Below are positions 1 to 9,571 of a stretch of DNA of 64,000 bases, in pieces. Location of the stretch: NCBI GenBank assembly GCA_965204235.1, contig OZ241979.1, positions 2,317,589 through 2,381,588 of the forward strand, written 5' to 3'. This stretch comes from an uncultured Candidatus Binatia bacterium. GTDB taxonomy: Bacteria; Desulfobacterota; Binatia; UBA9968; JAJDTQ01. The position numbers were made by a program, and so were the translations under genes. How positions within the stretch are numbered: the stretch's first letter is position 1; every line of letters begins with the position of its first letter. The notes beneath the pieces were generated by a model. The model searched no databases and was not told the DNA's origin. It worked only from the letters and a program-made list of their open reading frames with translations.

Positions 1-10
1 GTACGAGGAA

Positions 11-418
11 GTGCCCGGGGGGGGCCTCAAGCCCTACCGGGTGTGGGTGGACAACGAGAAGTGCATCGGTTGCCAGATGTGCTACAGCGACGACCTGACC
101 AAGGTCCACGAGCACAAGACCACCGGAGAGGTCTTCTTCGAGTACGGCAACCGTTTCTACGACAGCGGCAAGAAGCCCCTGGAGAAGGAGCAGGAGCCCA
201 GGAAGAGCGACCTCCAGCTCATCGGCACCGACTCCGAGGACCGCCTCGACAAGAAGATCTGCCCCTGGGACGCCATCCGGATGGTGGAGTACGATGACGG
301 GATCCAGGCGTCCAGGCTGTTCTATGACCCGGAACTGATCTCCTCCGAAGACGGCGTCCACTTCATCGACGACGAGGGCAAGCAGGAGCTGGAAAACCGT
401 CAGATGGAGGGTTTGTAG
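11..418 (+). CDS. 4Fe-4S ferredoxin-like protein, probably 5'-truncated by the window edge
   Basis: CIGCQMC (CxxCxxC) plus a distal CP motif. The ORF opens at the window edge with GTG, so the true start probably lies upstream. Confidence 0.5.
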   Translation: MPGGGLKPYRVWVDNEKCIGCQMCYSDDLTKVHEHKTTGEVFFEYGNRFYDSGKKPLEKEQEPRKSDLQLIGTDSEDRLDKKICPWDAIRMVEYDDGIQASRLFYDPELISSEDGVHFIDDEGKQELENRQMEGL

Positions 419-491
419 GCGACCGCTCTTGGAGTAGCTGCCACCACAAGGACGTATGATAGCGCGGTAGCCGTCCCTGGGAAGATGGAAG

Positions 492-1982
492 GTGGACGAC
501 AGGGAAGCGGGTTGCCATATACGTTCGCATGCTACGTTTGGCCACATGCACGGAGCGTTTTCGACATGGATGCGAAGGGCGCCGGCGTTCCTGTTCGTGG
601 GGGCGCTCATACTGGCGGCCTTCGCCGGCGGGCTGTGCGTCGCGCGGTACCGGGTCTTCCCTTACGCTCTCTTGTCTTCCGCCGGGAAAACCTTCGTCTC
701 GCTGGTCGAGGTCAACCTGCGTGCCCCTCCCCCCCCCCACAACCAGAGTTTCGTGGACGTCCCTTTCGACCAGGCGGCGGCCCGGCGCTTCGAGTTCATC
801 GGCAGCGATCACCTGACCGACTCGATCCTGGTTCCGGGAGGGCGGCATCGTTTCCGGGAGTACTGTCCGGGCCACGTAGGCTGTCTTGCGGTGGAGTACG
901 CCGGCCGCGGCGAAGTCCGGCAGGCGTGGCCGTACCGCCCCGACGAGTTGGAGAAATGGCTGGAGAACGACGAATTCACCGCGGATTTCCCGTACGAGCA
1001 CGCGCCCGGGTTCTCCTTTATCGAGCATGTACGTGTAGAGAGAATATCGCAATACGCCAATGGGGACCTTCTGGCGGTCTTCCATTTGAAGCATAGCCAC
1101 CCTTACGGCGGCGGGACAGCGCGTATCGACCGAGCCGGCAAACCGGTGTGGTACCGTCCGAACTATAGCCACCATCGACCACAACTGACCGATGGCGAAG
1201 TGGCCCTGGTTCCGGGCCTGCGGCGCGGCAGGCCCATCGACACCGGGCTCGTACCGGGACGGGACGACCTGCGAATCAGGATGGATTGTCCACGATGGTA
1301 TTATGACCTCGTAAACGTAATCGACCCTGCCGGGAGGCTGCTGGGAGAGACCTCCGTGTTCGACGCCATACTCCAGTCCCACTATGCCTCGCTGTTGCTC
1401 CATGCAGACCCTTGTAACCCGACGCATGTCAATTCCGTCCACCCGCTGGGAGACGACGCCGCAGGCGCGGGCTTCGAACCCGGAGACCTGGTCGTGTCCA
1501 TGAGGAACCTGCACGCATTCGCCATATTGGACCGGGACACCCATCGGTTGAAGCACATGGTGCGCGGCGGGTTCATGATGCAGCACTCGGTCCTGCATTT
1601 CGAGGGGTCCCGGTTCCTCATGCTGGACAACCAGGGCGGCAGGACCGCGGACGGCTCTCTGGGCATATCACGGCTGCTGATGGTGGACGCGGCGAGCGGC
1701 GAGGAGACCACCATCTTCCCGAACCACCGGACTCCCGACCATTTGCGGGAACTGTACACTTCCCAGTACGGCGGAGTCGCCATTTCCCCGGACCGCAGCA
1801 GAGCCCTGGTGACGTTTAGCCAACAGGGCAAGGCAGTGGAGGTTCGGATCGCCGACGGTGCGGTGCTGGTCGTGTTCGAATCGCTCCACGACGTGTCGAA
1901 TGTGGAGAAGTTCCCGGAGGAACGAGCCACCCGGGCGCTTCGGGTTACGTTCAAGGAGGTCCGCTATGGCGCTGAACGATGA
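492..1982 (+). CDS. Membrane-anchored arylsulfotransferase (ASST)-like beta-propeller protein
   Basis: N-terminal TM helix (AFLFVGALILAAFAGGL). His/Asp-rich propeller-type motifs (HLKHSHPYGGG, NPTHVNSVHPLGDD) resemble ASST families. Alternative starts at 546 and 570. Contains a C10 homopolymer at 729-738. Confidence 0.45.
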   Translation: MDDREAGCHIRSHATFGHMHGAFSTWMRRAPAFLFVGALILAAFAGGLCVARYRVFPYALLSSAGKTFVSLVEVNLRAPPPPHNQSFVDVPFDQAAARRFEFIGSDHLTDSILVPGGRHRFREYCPGHVGCLAVEYAGRGEVRQAWPYRPDELEKWLENDEFTADFPYEHAPGFSFIEHVRVERISQYANGDLLAVFHLKHSHPYGGGTARIDRAGKPVWYRPNYSHHRPQLTDGEVALVPGLRRGRPIDTGLVPGRDDLRIRMDCPRWYYDLVNVIDPAGRLLGETSVFDAILQSHYASLLLHADPCNPTHVNSVHPLGDDAAGAGFEPGDLVVSMRNLHAFAILDRDTHRLKHMVRGGFMMQHSVLHFEGSRFLMLDNQGGRTADGSLGISRLLMVDAASGEETTIFPNHRTPDHLRELYTSQYGGVAISPDRSRALVTFSQQGKAVEVRIADGAVLVVFESLHDVSNVEKFPEERATRALRVTFKEVRYGAER

Positions 1983-2009
1983 CGCCCGAAGGTGCGTTGA
2001 CCGCGGGGA

Positions 2010-4133
2010 CTACCGGGCCGGTATCCATGCTGCCCACAGTGCTCGGCCTCCTCTGTCCTCCTGTCCCGTCCGGATGCCGGAGACGGGATAATCGGGAAAT
2101 GGAAGGATCGCCATGCACTTCCCCTCGAACAGCATGCCACTTCGTCGGAAGGCGATGAAAAGCTTCTCGACGGACCAGTTGCGCCATCTGGGCAGGTGCC
2201 GTCTGGGCAGGTCTTTCGGGTCTTCCGGGGACGCCTCCACGAAGACCCTGCCGGGCACATCCTCCCGGACGCAGGGCTCCCTGACGTGGATCAGCGTGCC
2301 GCCACCGAGATAGACGTCGAAGTGGGAGCGCGCCACAGGCTCTCCGGACACCGCCCGTTGGTACGTGGTCCGGTACAACTCCATCAGATCGTCCATACCT
2401 GCCGAATCATACAGGAACACCTGTTCGTTCCCGGGCGTGAGCAGGGCGTCGCTCTCCACCCGGTCGCGGGTGACGATGAAGTCCGCAGCGCGGGCAGCGG
2501 CTTCCTTGTCAAGGGAGAATGTCAAGAGGCTTCCGGCGAGATAGTATTGCCATACTTTGCGTATCTGTGTGACCTGCCAGGACCATTCCGGCTCGACGGA
2601 CCCAATGACCAGTACCTTTCTTCCCCGTGTGGTTTCGCGGATGTTACCGAGTTCGGCCAGGGCGGCCAGTTGAGGCTCGGCCGCCGGGGTTTCCGGGCGC
2701 CATCGTCGATCCATCTGGAAGGCGGAGACGACGAAGGCGAGCAGCGCCGCAACGGCAAAGCCGACCACCGGACCACGCCCCCAGCGCTTGCGGAGGTACA
2801 GCAGGAGCAGCGAGTAGAATACCAGCGGGACGCCCACGTAGAACATGGCCTCGTGGTCGTGCTGGGGCTGTGCAGTATTGTGGCGCATGGGCAGGGCCCA
2901 GAAGAACCCCGACAGGGCAAGGGTGGCCACGAGCATGCGGTGTCGCCATGCCAACAGCCGCCTCGCAAGGCAAACCGCGGTCGTGGATGCGACCGCCGCC
3001 ATCAACAACAACACGAGGGAAAGCCACAACTCCGGCCCCGAAAGGCTGGACCACGAAAAGGGAATCGGGGGCAACCACCCACGCAACGCGTACCACACCC
3101 GCAACTGGCCTCTCTCGCCGGTCAGCGCCAATGGAACGGACGCCACGCAGACACGGTAGAGCTGCTGTCGCAAGAAGCGCGGCCACCCCAGCCACCCCTG
3201 CCCCAGACCCCTGAAGGAGGAGTCCCACTCCGGGCCCAGTCCGGTCCGCCTGAACATGGACTGGAAGGACGGCAGTTCGGTCACCGGCGTCTGGCCTCCG
3301 AACGCGGTGTACTCGTTGGCGAAGTTGAAGCCCAGGACGGCCGCGCCGAACAGCAGCGCGAACACGCCCAGCGCCATGTAGCGGCTGCGCAGCACCGCCG
3401 CCCCGGTGGAGCGCACACGCGGCCACAGCGCGGTCCCGTCCTTCCACGCCCGAACCGCCTCATGCGCCAGGCCGAGGATGAGGAACGGCAGCAGGAAGGC
3501 ATACACGCGCCACCCCAGCAGCAGCGCGACGCAGGTCCTGGCCAGCAGTTGCCGGAACCGTCCCTCCTGCACGAACACCACCATGCCGTGGAAGACCAGC
3601 ATCACCGCGAACAGCTCCATGCTGAACTCGTTGGAGACCGCGTTGCTGTAGAACAGCATGTAGTGGGACGAGAACGCCGCGAGGGTGGCGGCCAGTGCGA
3701 TCCAGCGGTGGGAGGTGATCCGGGAGATGGCGAGGAAGGCCAGGAGCGCGGCAGCGCTGAACAACAGCAGCATGAGCATGCGGGCGGCCAGGATCTGGGC
3801 CGACAGGTCGTTTCCGAAGGGGAGGGTGGCGAGCTTGATGAGTGCGGATCCGCCGACGGGAAAGCGGCTGTACATCTCGTATGTGGGGGCGTCGCCCGGT
3901 CCCGGGCGCAAGCCCAGGAACAACCGGAAATGGTGATGGGGCGACAGGTTCTCGGCCATCGCCAAGTTCTTCGCGGATCCCTTGTGATCGGCGCCGGGGC
4001 GGTAGAAGTATCCCTTGTCGAAGCTGTACAGGAACAAAATGGACAGGGAGAGCAGCAGCAACAGCAGGGTGAGGCGTTCAGGTCGGAACCCGGGTTGGGG
4101 GGAGGGCAGGATGATCTGTTTCGAATCGGTCAT
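2010..4133 (-). CDS. Large polytopic membrane protein, paralogue A (possible GT-C/PMT-like glycosyltransferase) with a C-terminal soluble domain
   Basis: About 450 aa of multiple TM helices. The first loop motif SFDKGYFYRPG resembles the PMT/ArnT 'FDE' loop but with D-K. A soluble domain of about 230 aa follows. Start taken at MTDSKQ (the track ORF runs through upstream non-coding sequence). Confidence 0.65.
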   Translation of the reverse strand: MTDSKQIILPSPQPGFRPERLTLLLLLLSLSILFLYSFDKGYFYRPGADHKGSAKNLAMAENLSPHHHFRLFLGLRPGPGDAPTYEMYSRFPVGGSALIKLATLPFGNDLSAQILAARMLMLLLFSAAALLAFLAISRITSHRWIALAATLAAFSSHYMLFYSNAVSNEFSMELFAVMLVFHGMVVFVQEGRFRQLLARTCVALLLGWRVYAFLLPFLILGLAHEAVRAWKDGTALWPRVRSTGAAVLRSRYMALGVFALLFGAAVLGFNFANEYTAFGGQTPVTELPSFQSMFRRTGLGPEWDSSFRGLGQGWLGWPRFLRQQLYRVCVASVPLALTGERGQLRVWYALRGWLPPIPFSWSSLSGPELWLSLVLLLMAAVASTTAVCLARRLLAWRHRMLVATLALSGFFWALPMRHNTAQPQHDHEAMFYVGVPLVFYSLLLLYLRKRWGRGPVVGFAVAALLAFVVSAFQMDRRWRPETPAAEPQLAALAELGNIRETTRGRKVLVIGSVEPEWSWQVTQIRKVWQYYLAGSLLTFSLDKEAAARAADFIVTRDRVESDALLTPGNEQVFLYDSAGMDDLMELYRTTYQRAVSGEPVARSHFDVYLGGGTLIHVREPCVREDVPGRVFVEASPEDPKDLPRRHLPRWRNWSVEKLFIAFRRSGMLFEGKCMAILPFPDYPVSGIRTGQEDRGGRALWAAWIPAR

Positions 4134-4176
4134 GGGCTTCCGACTCTTCGATAATGATGGCCGCGGTCGGCGGGGA

Positions 4177-6252
4177 CTACCGGGCCGGTATCCTTGCTTC
4201 CCAGAGCACTCGGCCTGCTTTCGTCTGCCCCGTCCGGATGCCGGAGACGGGATAATCGGGAAATGGAAGGATCGCCATGCACTTCCCCTCGAACAGCACG
4301 CCAATTCGTCGGAAGGTGATGAAAAACCCCTTGAGGCTGTTCCTCCTGCGCCATCTGGGCAGGCGCCGCCCGGGCAGGTCTTTCAGGTCTTCCGGGGTCA
4401 CCTCCACGAAGACCCCGCGGGGCACGTCCTCCCGGACGCAGGGTTCCCTGACGTGGATCAGCGCGCCGTCAACGAGATAGACGTCGAAGTGGGAGCGCGC
4501 CGCAGGCTCTCCGGACACCACCCGTTGGTACGTGCTCCGGTACAACTCCATCAGGTCGTCCATACCCGCGGAATCATACAGGAACACCCGTTCGTTCCCG
4601 GGCGTGAGCAGGGCGCCGCTCTCCACCCGGTCGCGGGTGAGGAGGAAGTCCGCAGCCCGGGCCGCGGCTTCCTTGTCAAGGGGTTGCGTCAAGACGCTTC
4701 CGGCGAGTTGGTAGCTTCGTTCGTGGCGCAAAGGTTCGAACCGTCGGGACCAGTCCGGCTTGACGGATTCGAGGAGCAGGACCACCTTTCCCCGCGTGGT
4801 TTCGCGGATGCTCCCGAGTTCGGCCAGGGTGGCCAGTTGGATCTCGGCCGCCGGGGCGTCCGGGCGCCATCGGTGGTTCATCTGGAAGGTGGATACGACG
4901 AAGGCGAGCAGCCCCGCAACGGCAAGGCCCACCACCGGACCATGCCCCCAGCGCTTGTGGAGGTACAGCAGGAGCAGTGAGTAGAACACCAGCGGGACGC
5001 CCACGTAGTACAGGGCTCCGTGGGGGTTTCCTGCAGCATTGTGGCGCATGAGCAGGGCCCAGAAGAACCCGGACAGGGCAAGGGCGGCCAGCAGCATGGA
5101 GTGCCGCCATGCCAACAGCCGCCTCGCAAGCCGAACCACGACCGTGGATGCGGCCATGACCATCAGCAACAACACGAGGGAAACCCACAACGCCGGCCCC
5201 GAAAAGACGGACGTCGAAAAGGGAGCGGAGGAAAACCACTCCAACAGATCGACTCCCCAGTCGGTCAGCACGAATGGAACGGAGGCCACGCAGACACGAA
5301 AGAGCTGCTGTTGCAGGAAGCGCAGCCAACCCACACGGTCGAAGACGGTGTTCAACTCCTGGTCCAGTCCGGTCCGCCTGAGCATGGACTGGACCGACGG
5401 CAGTTCGCTCACCGCGGTCTGGCCTCCGAACGCGGCGTACTCGTTGGCGAAGTTGAAGCCCAGGACGGCCGCGCCGAAGATCAGCGCGAACAGGCCCAGC
5501 GCCATGTGGCGGCTGCGCAGCACCGCCGCCCCGGTAGAGCGCAGACGCGGCCACAGCGCGGTCCCGTCCTTCCACGTCCGGACCGCCTCGCTCGCCGTAC
5601 CCAGGATGAGGAACGGCAGCAGGAACGCATACACGCGCCACCCCAGCAGCAGCGCGACACAGGTCCTGGCGAGCAGTTGCCGGAACCGTCCCTCCTGCAC
5701 GAACACCACCATGCCGTGGAACACCAGCATCACCGCGAACAGGTCCACGCTGTACTCGACGCCAACCGCGTCGCCGTAGAACAGCATGTAATAGGAGGAG
5801 AAGGCTGCGAGAGTGGCGGCCAGTGCGATCCAGCGGTGGGAGGTGATCCGTGCGAGGGAGTGGAAGGCCAGGAGAGCGGCGGCGCTGAACAACAACAGCA
5901 TGAGCATGCGTGCGGCCAGGATCCTGGCCGACAGGTCGGTTCCGAAGGGGAGCATGGCGAGTTTGATGAGCGCGTATCCGCCGACCGGAAAGCGGCTGAA
6001 CATGTCGTATGCGGGGGCGCCGCCCGATCCCTGGCGAAGCCTCCGGAACGACCGGAAACCGTGGTCGGGGGACAGGTTCTCGGCGACGGACAGGTTCAGT
6101 GCCGTATTCCAGTCATGGGGGCCGGGGCGGTAGAGGTACCCCTTGTCGAAACTGCACAGGAACAACGTGGACAGGGCGAGCAGCAACAACCACAGGGGGA
6201 GGCGTTCAGGCCGGAACCCGGGGGGGTCAGGACGGGCTGTCTCCATTATCAT
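4177..6252 (-). CDS. Large polytopic membrane protein, paralogue B (tandem duplicate of 2010-4133)
   Basis: Collinear with paralogue A over its full length. The C-terminal approx 50 codons are near-identical to paralogue A at the DNA level. Confidence 0.65.
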   Translation of the reverse strand: MIMETARPDPPGFRPERLPLWLLLLALSTLFLCSFDKGYLYRPGPHDWNTALNLSVAENLSPDHGFRSFRRLRQGSGGAPAYDMFSRFPVGGYALIKLAMLPFGTDLSARILAARMLMLLLFSAAALLAFHSLARITSHRWIALAATLAAFSSYYMLFYGDAVGVEYSVDLFAVMLVFHGMVVFVQEGRFRQLLARTCVALLLGWRVYAFLLPFLILGTASEAVRTWKDGTALWPRLRSTGAAVLRSRHMALGLFALIFGAAVLGFNFANEYAAFGGQTAVSELPSVQSMLRRTGLDQELNTVFDRVGWLRFLQQQLFRVCVASVPFVLTDWGVDLLEWFSSAPFSTSVFSGPALWVSLVLLLMVMAASTVVVRLARRLLAWRHSMLLAALALSGFFWALLMRHNAAGNPHGALYYVGVPLVFYSLLLLYLHKRWGHGPVVGLAVAGLLAFVVSTFQMNHRWRPDAPAAEIQLATLAELGSIRETTRGKVVLLLESVKPDWSRRFEPLRHERSYQLAGSVLTQPLDKEAAARAADFLLTRDRVESGALLTPGNERVFLYDSAGMDDLMELYRSTYQRVVSGEPAARSHFDVYLVDGALIHVREPCVREDVPRGVFVEVTPEDLKDLPGRRLPRWRRRNSLKGFFITFRRIGVLFEGKCMAILPFPDYPVSGIRTGQTKAGRVLWEARIPAR

Positions 6253-6425
6253 CTTCCAGAGCAGTATATTTCAATCCGGGGGATTGTCCAATGCAGGATG
6301 CCGCTGAAGGAGAGGGGGTCCCAAATCCATGGTGGGCAGGGCTTGTTGTATTTTCACGAGTCGTCAGGTAAGAGGTAGCCCTTCGAACTTCTTCGAGAAG
6401 ATCCTGAGGAGATTTGGAGGAGCCA

Positions 6426-7523
6426 ATGGCCAAGCCCGCGGTACAGACAGAGAACACCATGGACAACATCCCCTTCTTCTACAAGTGGCAGAAGGGCGAA
6501 GGAGTGCCCATCGTCGATACCTTCTTCATCGAGGACCTCAAGGAAGTGCCCCTCGAGTGGTGGGACCGCATGGGCGGCGACGGCGTCATCATCAACATGG
6601 AAGGGGCGGGTGAGGCCACCGGCGCCTACATCGTCGAGATCCCGGCCGGCAAGAGCCTGAACCCCATGCGCCACATCTACGAGGAGTTGGTCCTGGTGGT
6701 GCAGGGCCGAGGCGCCACCACCATCTGGAACGACAAGGGCGCCAGGCAGACCTTCGAGTGGCAGGAAGGGAGCCTCATGTCGATCCCGCTGAACGTGTGG
6801 CACCAGCACTTCAACGGCCAGGGCGACCAGCCGGCGAGGCTCTTCTCGGTCAACAACATGCCCATCGTCTTCAGCCTCTTCCACAACGAGGACTTCATCT
6901 TCAACGCCCCCTACGACTTCGTGGACCGCTTCGACGGCCGGCCCGACTACTTCTCGAGCAAGGGCGTCCAGCATCCGGGCCGCATCTGGGAGACCAACTT
7001 CATCGCGGATACGCGGACCTTCAACCTCCAGGAATGGAAGGAGCGGGGCGCGGGCGGCAAGAACGTCTTCCTGGAGATGTGCGACGGCGTCATGGCGGCG
7101 CACATCTCCGAGTTCCCGGTGGGGACCTACAAGAAGGCGCACCGCCACGGCCCGGGCTTCAACGTCATCATCATCAAGGGGCAGGGTTTCTCGCTGTTCT
7201 GGCGGGAGGGCGAAGAACCCAAGCGCTACGACTGGCATGACGGCAGCGTCTTCGTGCCTCCCGAGATGATGTTCCACCAGCACTTCAACACCGGGGCCAC
7301 GGGCGCGCGCTATCTGCCGCTTCGCTTCGGCGGCATCAAGCACAGCATGGGCGAGGGTTTCGGGGACGTCTCCAAGGTCGATAAGGACGTGAAGTCCGGC
7401 GGCAACCAGATCGAGTACTACGACCAGGAGCCGTACATACGGAAGATGTTCGAGGACGACCTCGCCAAGTCCGGGACCACGTCGAAGATGGACCCGGGCG
7501 TTTACCAGAAGCCCGCGGCCTGA
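6426..7523 (+). CDS. Bicupin protein, paralogue 1 (gentisate-1,2-dioxygenase-like?)
   Basis: Two cupin barrels with WHQHFN / HRHGPG / FHQHFN motifs. GGAGGA RBS 6 nt upstream of the ATG. Paralogous to 33556-34686 and 52554-53720. Confidence 0.7.
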   Translation: MAKPAVQTENTMDNIPFFYKWQKGEGVPIVDTFFIEDLKEVPLEWWDRMGGDGVIINMEGAGEATGAYIVEIPAGKSLNPMRHIYEELVLVVQGRGATTIWNDKGARQTFEWQEGSLMSIPLNVWHQHFNGQGDQPARLFSVNNMPIVFSLFHNEDFIFNAPYDFVDRFDGRPDYFSSKGVQHPGRIWETNFIADTRTFNLQEWKERGAGGKNVFLEMCDGVMAAHISEFPVGTYKKAHRHGPGFNVIIIKGQGFSLFWREGEEPKRYDWHDGSVFVPPEMMFHQHFNTGATGARYLPLRFGGIKHSMGEGFGDVSKVDKDVKSGGNQIEYYDQEPYIRKMFEDDLAKSGTTSKMDPGVYQKPAA

Positions 7524-7542
7524 GGAAACGTTCGTGCCGCAC

Positions 7543-7578
7543 GGGGAGGAGGCGCATACGGCTTCCTCCCTTTTTTTG
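7543..7578 (+). terminator. Rho-independent terminator after bicupin 1
   Basis: GGGAGGAGGCG-loop-CGGCTTCCTCCC hairpin followed by a T7 run. Confidence 0.8.
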
Positions 7579-7623
7579 TCCTGAAGAGGAACGGTTCCGG
7601 CCCTCCGGGACCCGTCCGCCAGC

Positions 7624-8229
7624 GTGATGGCGCCCGTCGTCCTGACCATACTCTCCTACCTCCTGGGGTCGATTCCCGCGGGTTTCCTGGTGGGGTCGTC
7701 CGAGGGGGTGGACGTCCGCAGCGCCGGCAGCGGCAACATCGGGGCCACCAACGTGGCGCGCACGCTGGGCTGGAAGAAGGGCTTGGTCACCCTTCTCGCC
7801 GACGCGGCCAAGGGCTTCCTGCCGGTGTTGGCGGCCCACCTGCTCGACCTCGGGGGACTCGCGGCCGCGGCCGCGGGGCTGGCCGCGTTCGCGGGCCATC
7901 TCTACCCCGTGTTCCTGGGGTTCAGGGGCGGCAAGGGCGTGGCCACCGCGGCAGGCGTGTACCTCGCCGCCATGCCCCTGGCGGCGCCGGTCCTCGTGGG
8001 GGTCTTCCTCCTGCTCATGGTCGCCGACCGCCGGGTCTCCCTGGCCTCCATGAGCGCGGCAGTGCTGGCGCCGTCCGCGGCGTGGCTGCTTTCCTACCCC
8101 GAGGAAGTGGTCTGGCTGAGCCTCGTCATGGGCGTCCTGGTGCTGGTCCGCCACAGGGAGAACATCCGCCGTCTGGCAGCCGGGGAGGAGCCCCGGTTCG
8201 AGCTGCGCCGGCCCCGCTCCGGGGAGTAG
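7624..8229 (+). CDS. plsY: Glycerol-3-phosphate acyltransferase PlsY
   Basis: SGNIGATNVARTLG signature. 201 aa polytopic protein. Confidence 0.9.
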   Translation: MMAPVVLTILSYLLGSIPAGFLVGSSEGVDVRSAGSGNIGATNVARTLGWKKGLVTLLADAAKGFLPVLAAHLLDLGGLAAAAAGLAAFAGHLYPVFLGFRGGKGVATAAGVYLAAMPLAAPVLVGVFLLLMVADRRVSLASMSAAVLAPSAAWLLSYPEEVVWLSLVMGVLVLVRHRENIRRLAAGEEPRFELRRPRSGE

Positions 8230-8250
8230 GCCGATCCGTCCCGGGCAGCG

Positions 8251-8283
8251 TTCCGCCGGGAGTTCCCGGCCCCCCGGCGGAAT
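8251..8283 (+). terminator. GC-rich hairpin downstream of plsY (terminator- or REP-like)
   Basis: TTCCGCCGG...CCGGCGGAA perfect 9-bp inverted repeat with a nested CCGGG/CCCGG pair. No T-run. Confidence 0.3.
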
Positions 8284-8327
8284 GCGAACTCATGGCGCAG
8301 CCGTTCCCGCGCCCGCCAACGAACCCG

Positions 8328-8362
8328 TTGACAATTCGAAGCCACCGGCGTACTGACAGGCT
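8328..8362 (+). promoter_or_regulatory. Candidate sigma70-like promoter for the ABC operon
   Basis: Perfect TTGACA, a 17-nt spacer, then a weak -10 (TACTGA). Confidence 0.25.
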
Positions 8363-8425
8363 CGGGGCCGGGTTCCCGGGCGTTCGTGACCAGGGGGGCA
8401 AACCACCATGAGGGAGGCAATCGTC

Positions 8426-9454
8426 ATGAGATCACTGCTGCGCGCGGCTGCGCTCGGGTTGGCGCTGGCCATGGCGGCGACCACCGCGTTCGCCGATACC
8501 AGACTCTACGAGGCGGCGAAGAAGGAAGGCGAGCTGGTCTGGTACACGACGCTGATCGTGAAGCAGGCGGTGCGGCCCATCGTCGCCGCGTTCCAGAAGA
8601 AGTATCCCGGCATCGAGGTGCGCTACTCGCGGGCGAACTCGTCCGACACGGCCATCAAGATCCTCAGCGAAGGAAAGGCGAACCGCATCCTGGGCGACGT
8701 GTTCGACGGGACCTCCAACGCGGAAGCCCTCAAGGACGCCAACCTCGTGGAGAAGTGGATGCCGAAGAACGCGGCCATGTACCCGGCCGAGTTCCGCGAC
8801 CCGGAAGGGTACTGGTCTGCGACGCACCTGTACTTCCTGACCCCGGGCTACAACACCGACCTGGTCTCCAGGGCCGAGGCGCCGAAGACCTACGAGGACC
8901 TCCTCGATCCCAAGTGGCGGGGCAAGATGGCATGGAGCCCCAGGTCCACCACCTCCGGCGCGGCCGGCTTCATCGGCAACGTCCTCATCACCATGGGCGA
9001 AGAGAAGGGCATGACCTACCTGCGGAAGCTCGCCGGGCAGGAGATCATCCCGGTCAGCGCCAGCGCGCGCAAGGTGCTCGACCAGGCCATTGCCGGCGAG
9101 TACCCCATCGCGTTGCAGATCTTCAACCACCACACGGTGATCAGCGGCAACAAGGGCGCGCCGGTGGACTGGATCAAGATGGAGCCGGTGACCAGCAACA
9201 TCGCCGCCATCGGCATCATCGAGGGAGCGCCCCACCCCAACGCAGGCAAGCTCCTGATCGAGTTCCTGCTGTCACTGGAAGGCCAGAAGGTGCTGCAACA
9301 GGCCAACTACCTGCCGGCCCACCCGGACGTGCCGGCGCTCGTGCCCACCCTCAAGCCCAGGGAAGGCGGCTTCGAGGCCAACACCATGCCGCTCAAGATG
9401 GTGCATCGCGAGCTCGCCAAGTGGAAGAAGATCCACGCCGACCTGTTCCGCTGA
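8426..9454 (+). CDS. ABC transporter periplasmic substrate-binding protein, Fe3+/FbpA-AfuA-like (SBP family 1)
   Basis: Signal peptide MRSLLRAAALGLALAMAATTAFA. Family-1 SBP fold motifs. GAGGGAGG RBS. Confidence 0.8.
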   Translation: MRSLLRAAALGLALAMAATTAFADTRLYEAAKKEGELVWYTTLIVKQAVRPIVAAFQKKYPGIEVRYSRANSSDTAIKILSEGKANRILGDVFDGTSNAEALKDANLVEKWMPKNAAMYPAEFRDPEGYWSATHLYFLTPGYNTDLVSRAEAPKTYEDLLDPKWRGKMAWSPRSTTSGAAGFIGNVLITMGEEKGMTYLRKLAGQEIIPVSASARKVLDQAIAGEYPIALQIFNHHTVISGNKGAPVDWIKMEPVTSNIAAIGIIEGAPHPNAGKLLIEFLLSLEGQKVLQQANYLPAHPDVPALVPTLKPREGGFEANTMPLKMVHRELAKWKKIHADLFR

Positions 9455-9463
9455 CCGGAGAGG

Positions 9464-9510
9464 GGCGCCGCGGCCAAGTCGCTGACGGCGCCCTTCCTTT
9501 CCCGTCCTTC
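9464..9510 (+). promoter_or_regulatory. Inter-cistronic hairpin between the SBP and permease genes
   Basis: GGGCGCCG...CGGCGCCC perfect 8-bp stem. This is a typical attenuator position after an SBP gene. Confidence 0.3.
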
Positions 9511-9571
9511 CGCGGCGATCCCGCACCTCTCCGGCGCGCCCGCGCGCGGCGGAGAGGCGGAGGCTGGCCAG

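Noticed and set aside
1465-1490. tRNA-like string GGCTTCGAACCCGGAGACC
   Set aside because: Lies inside the ASST-like coding frame and lacks a full cloverleaf (no acceptor or anticodon arms). Coincidental similarity to a T-arm.
6354-7649. 431-aa ORF antisense to bicupin 1
   Set aside because: Overlaps a well-supported cupin gene on the opposite strand. Typical stop-codon-poor antisense frame in high-GC DNA, with no recognisable motifs.
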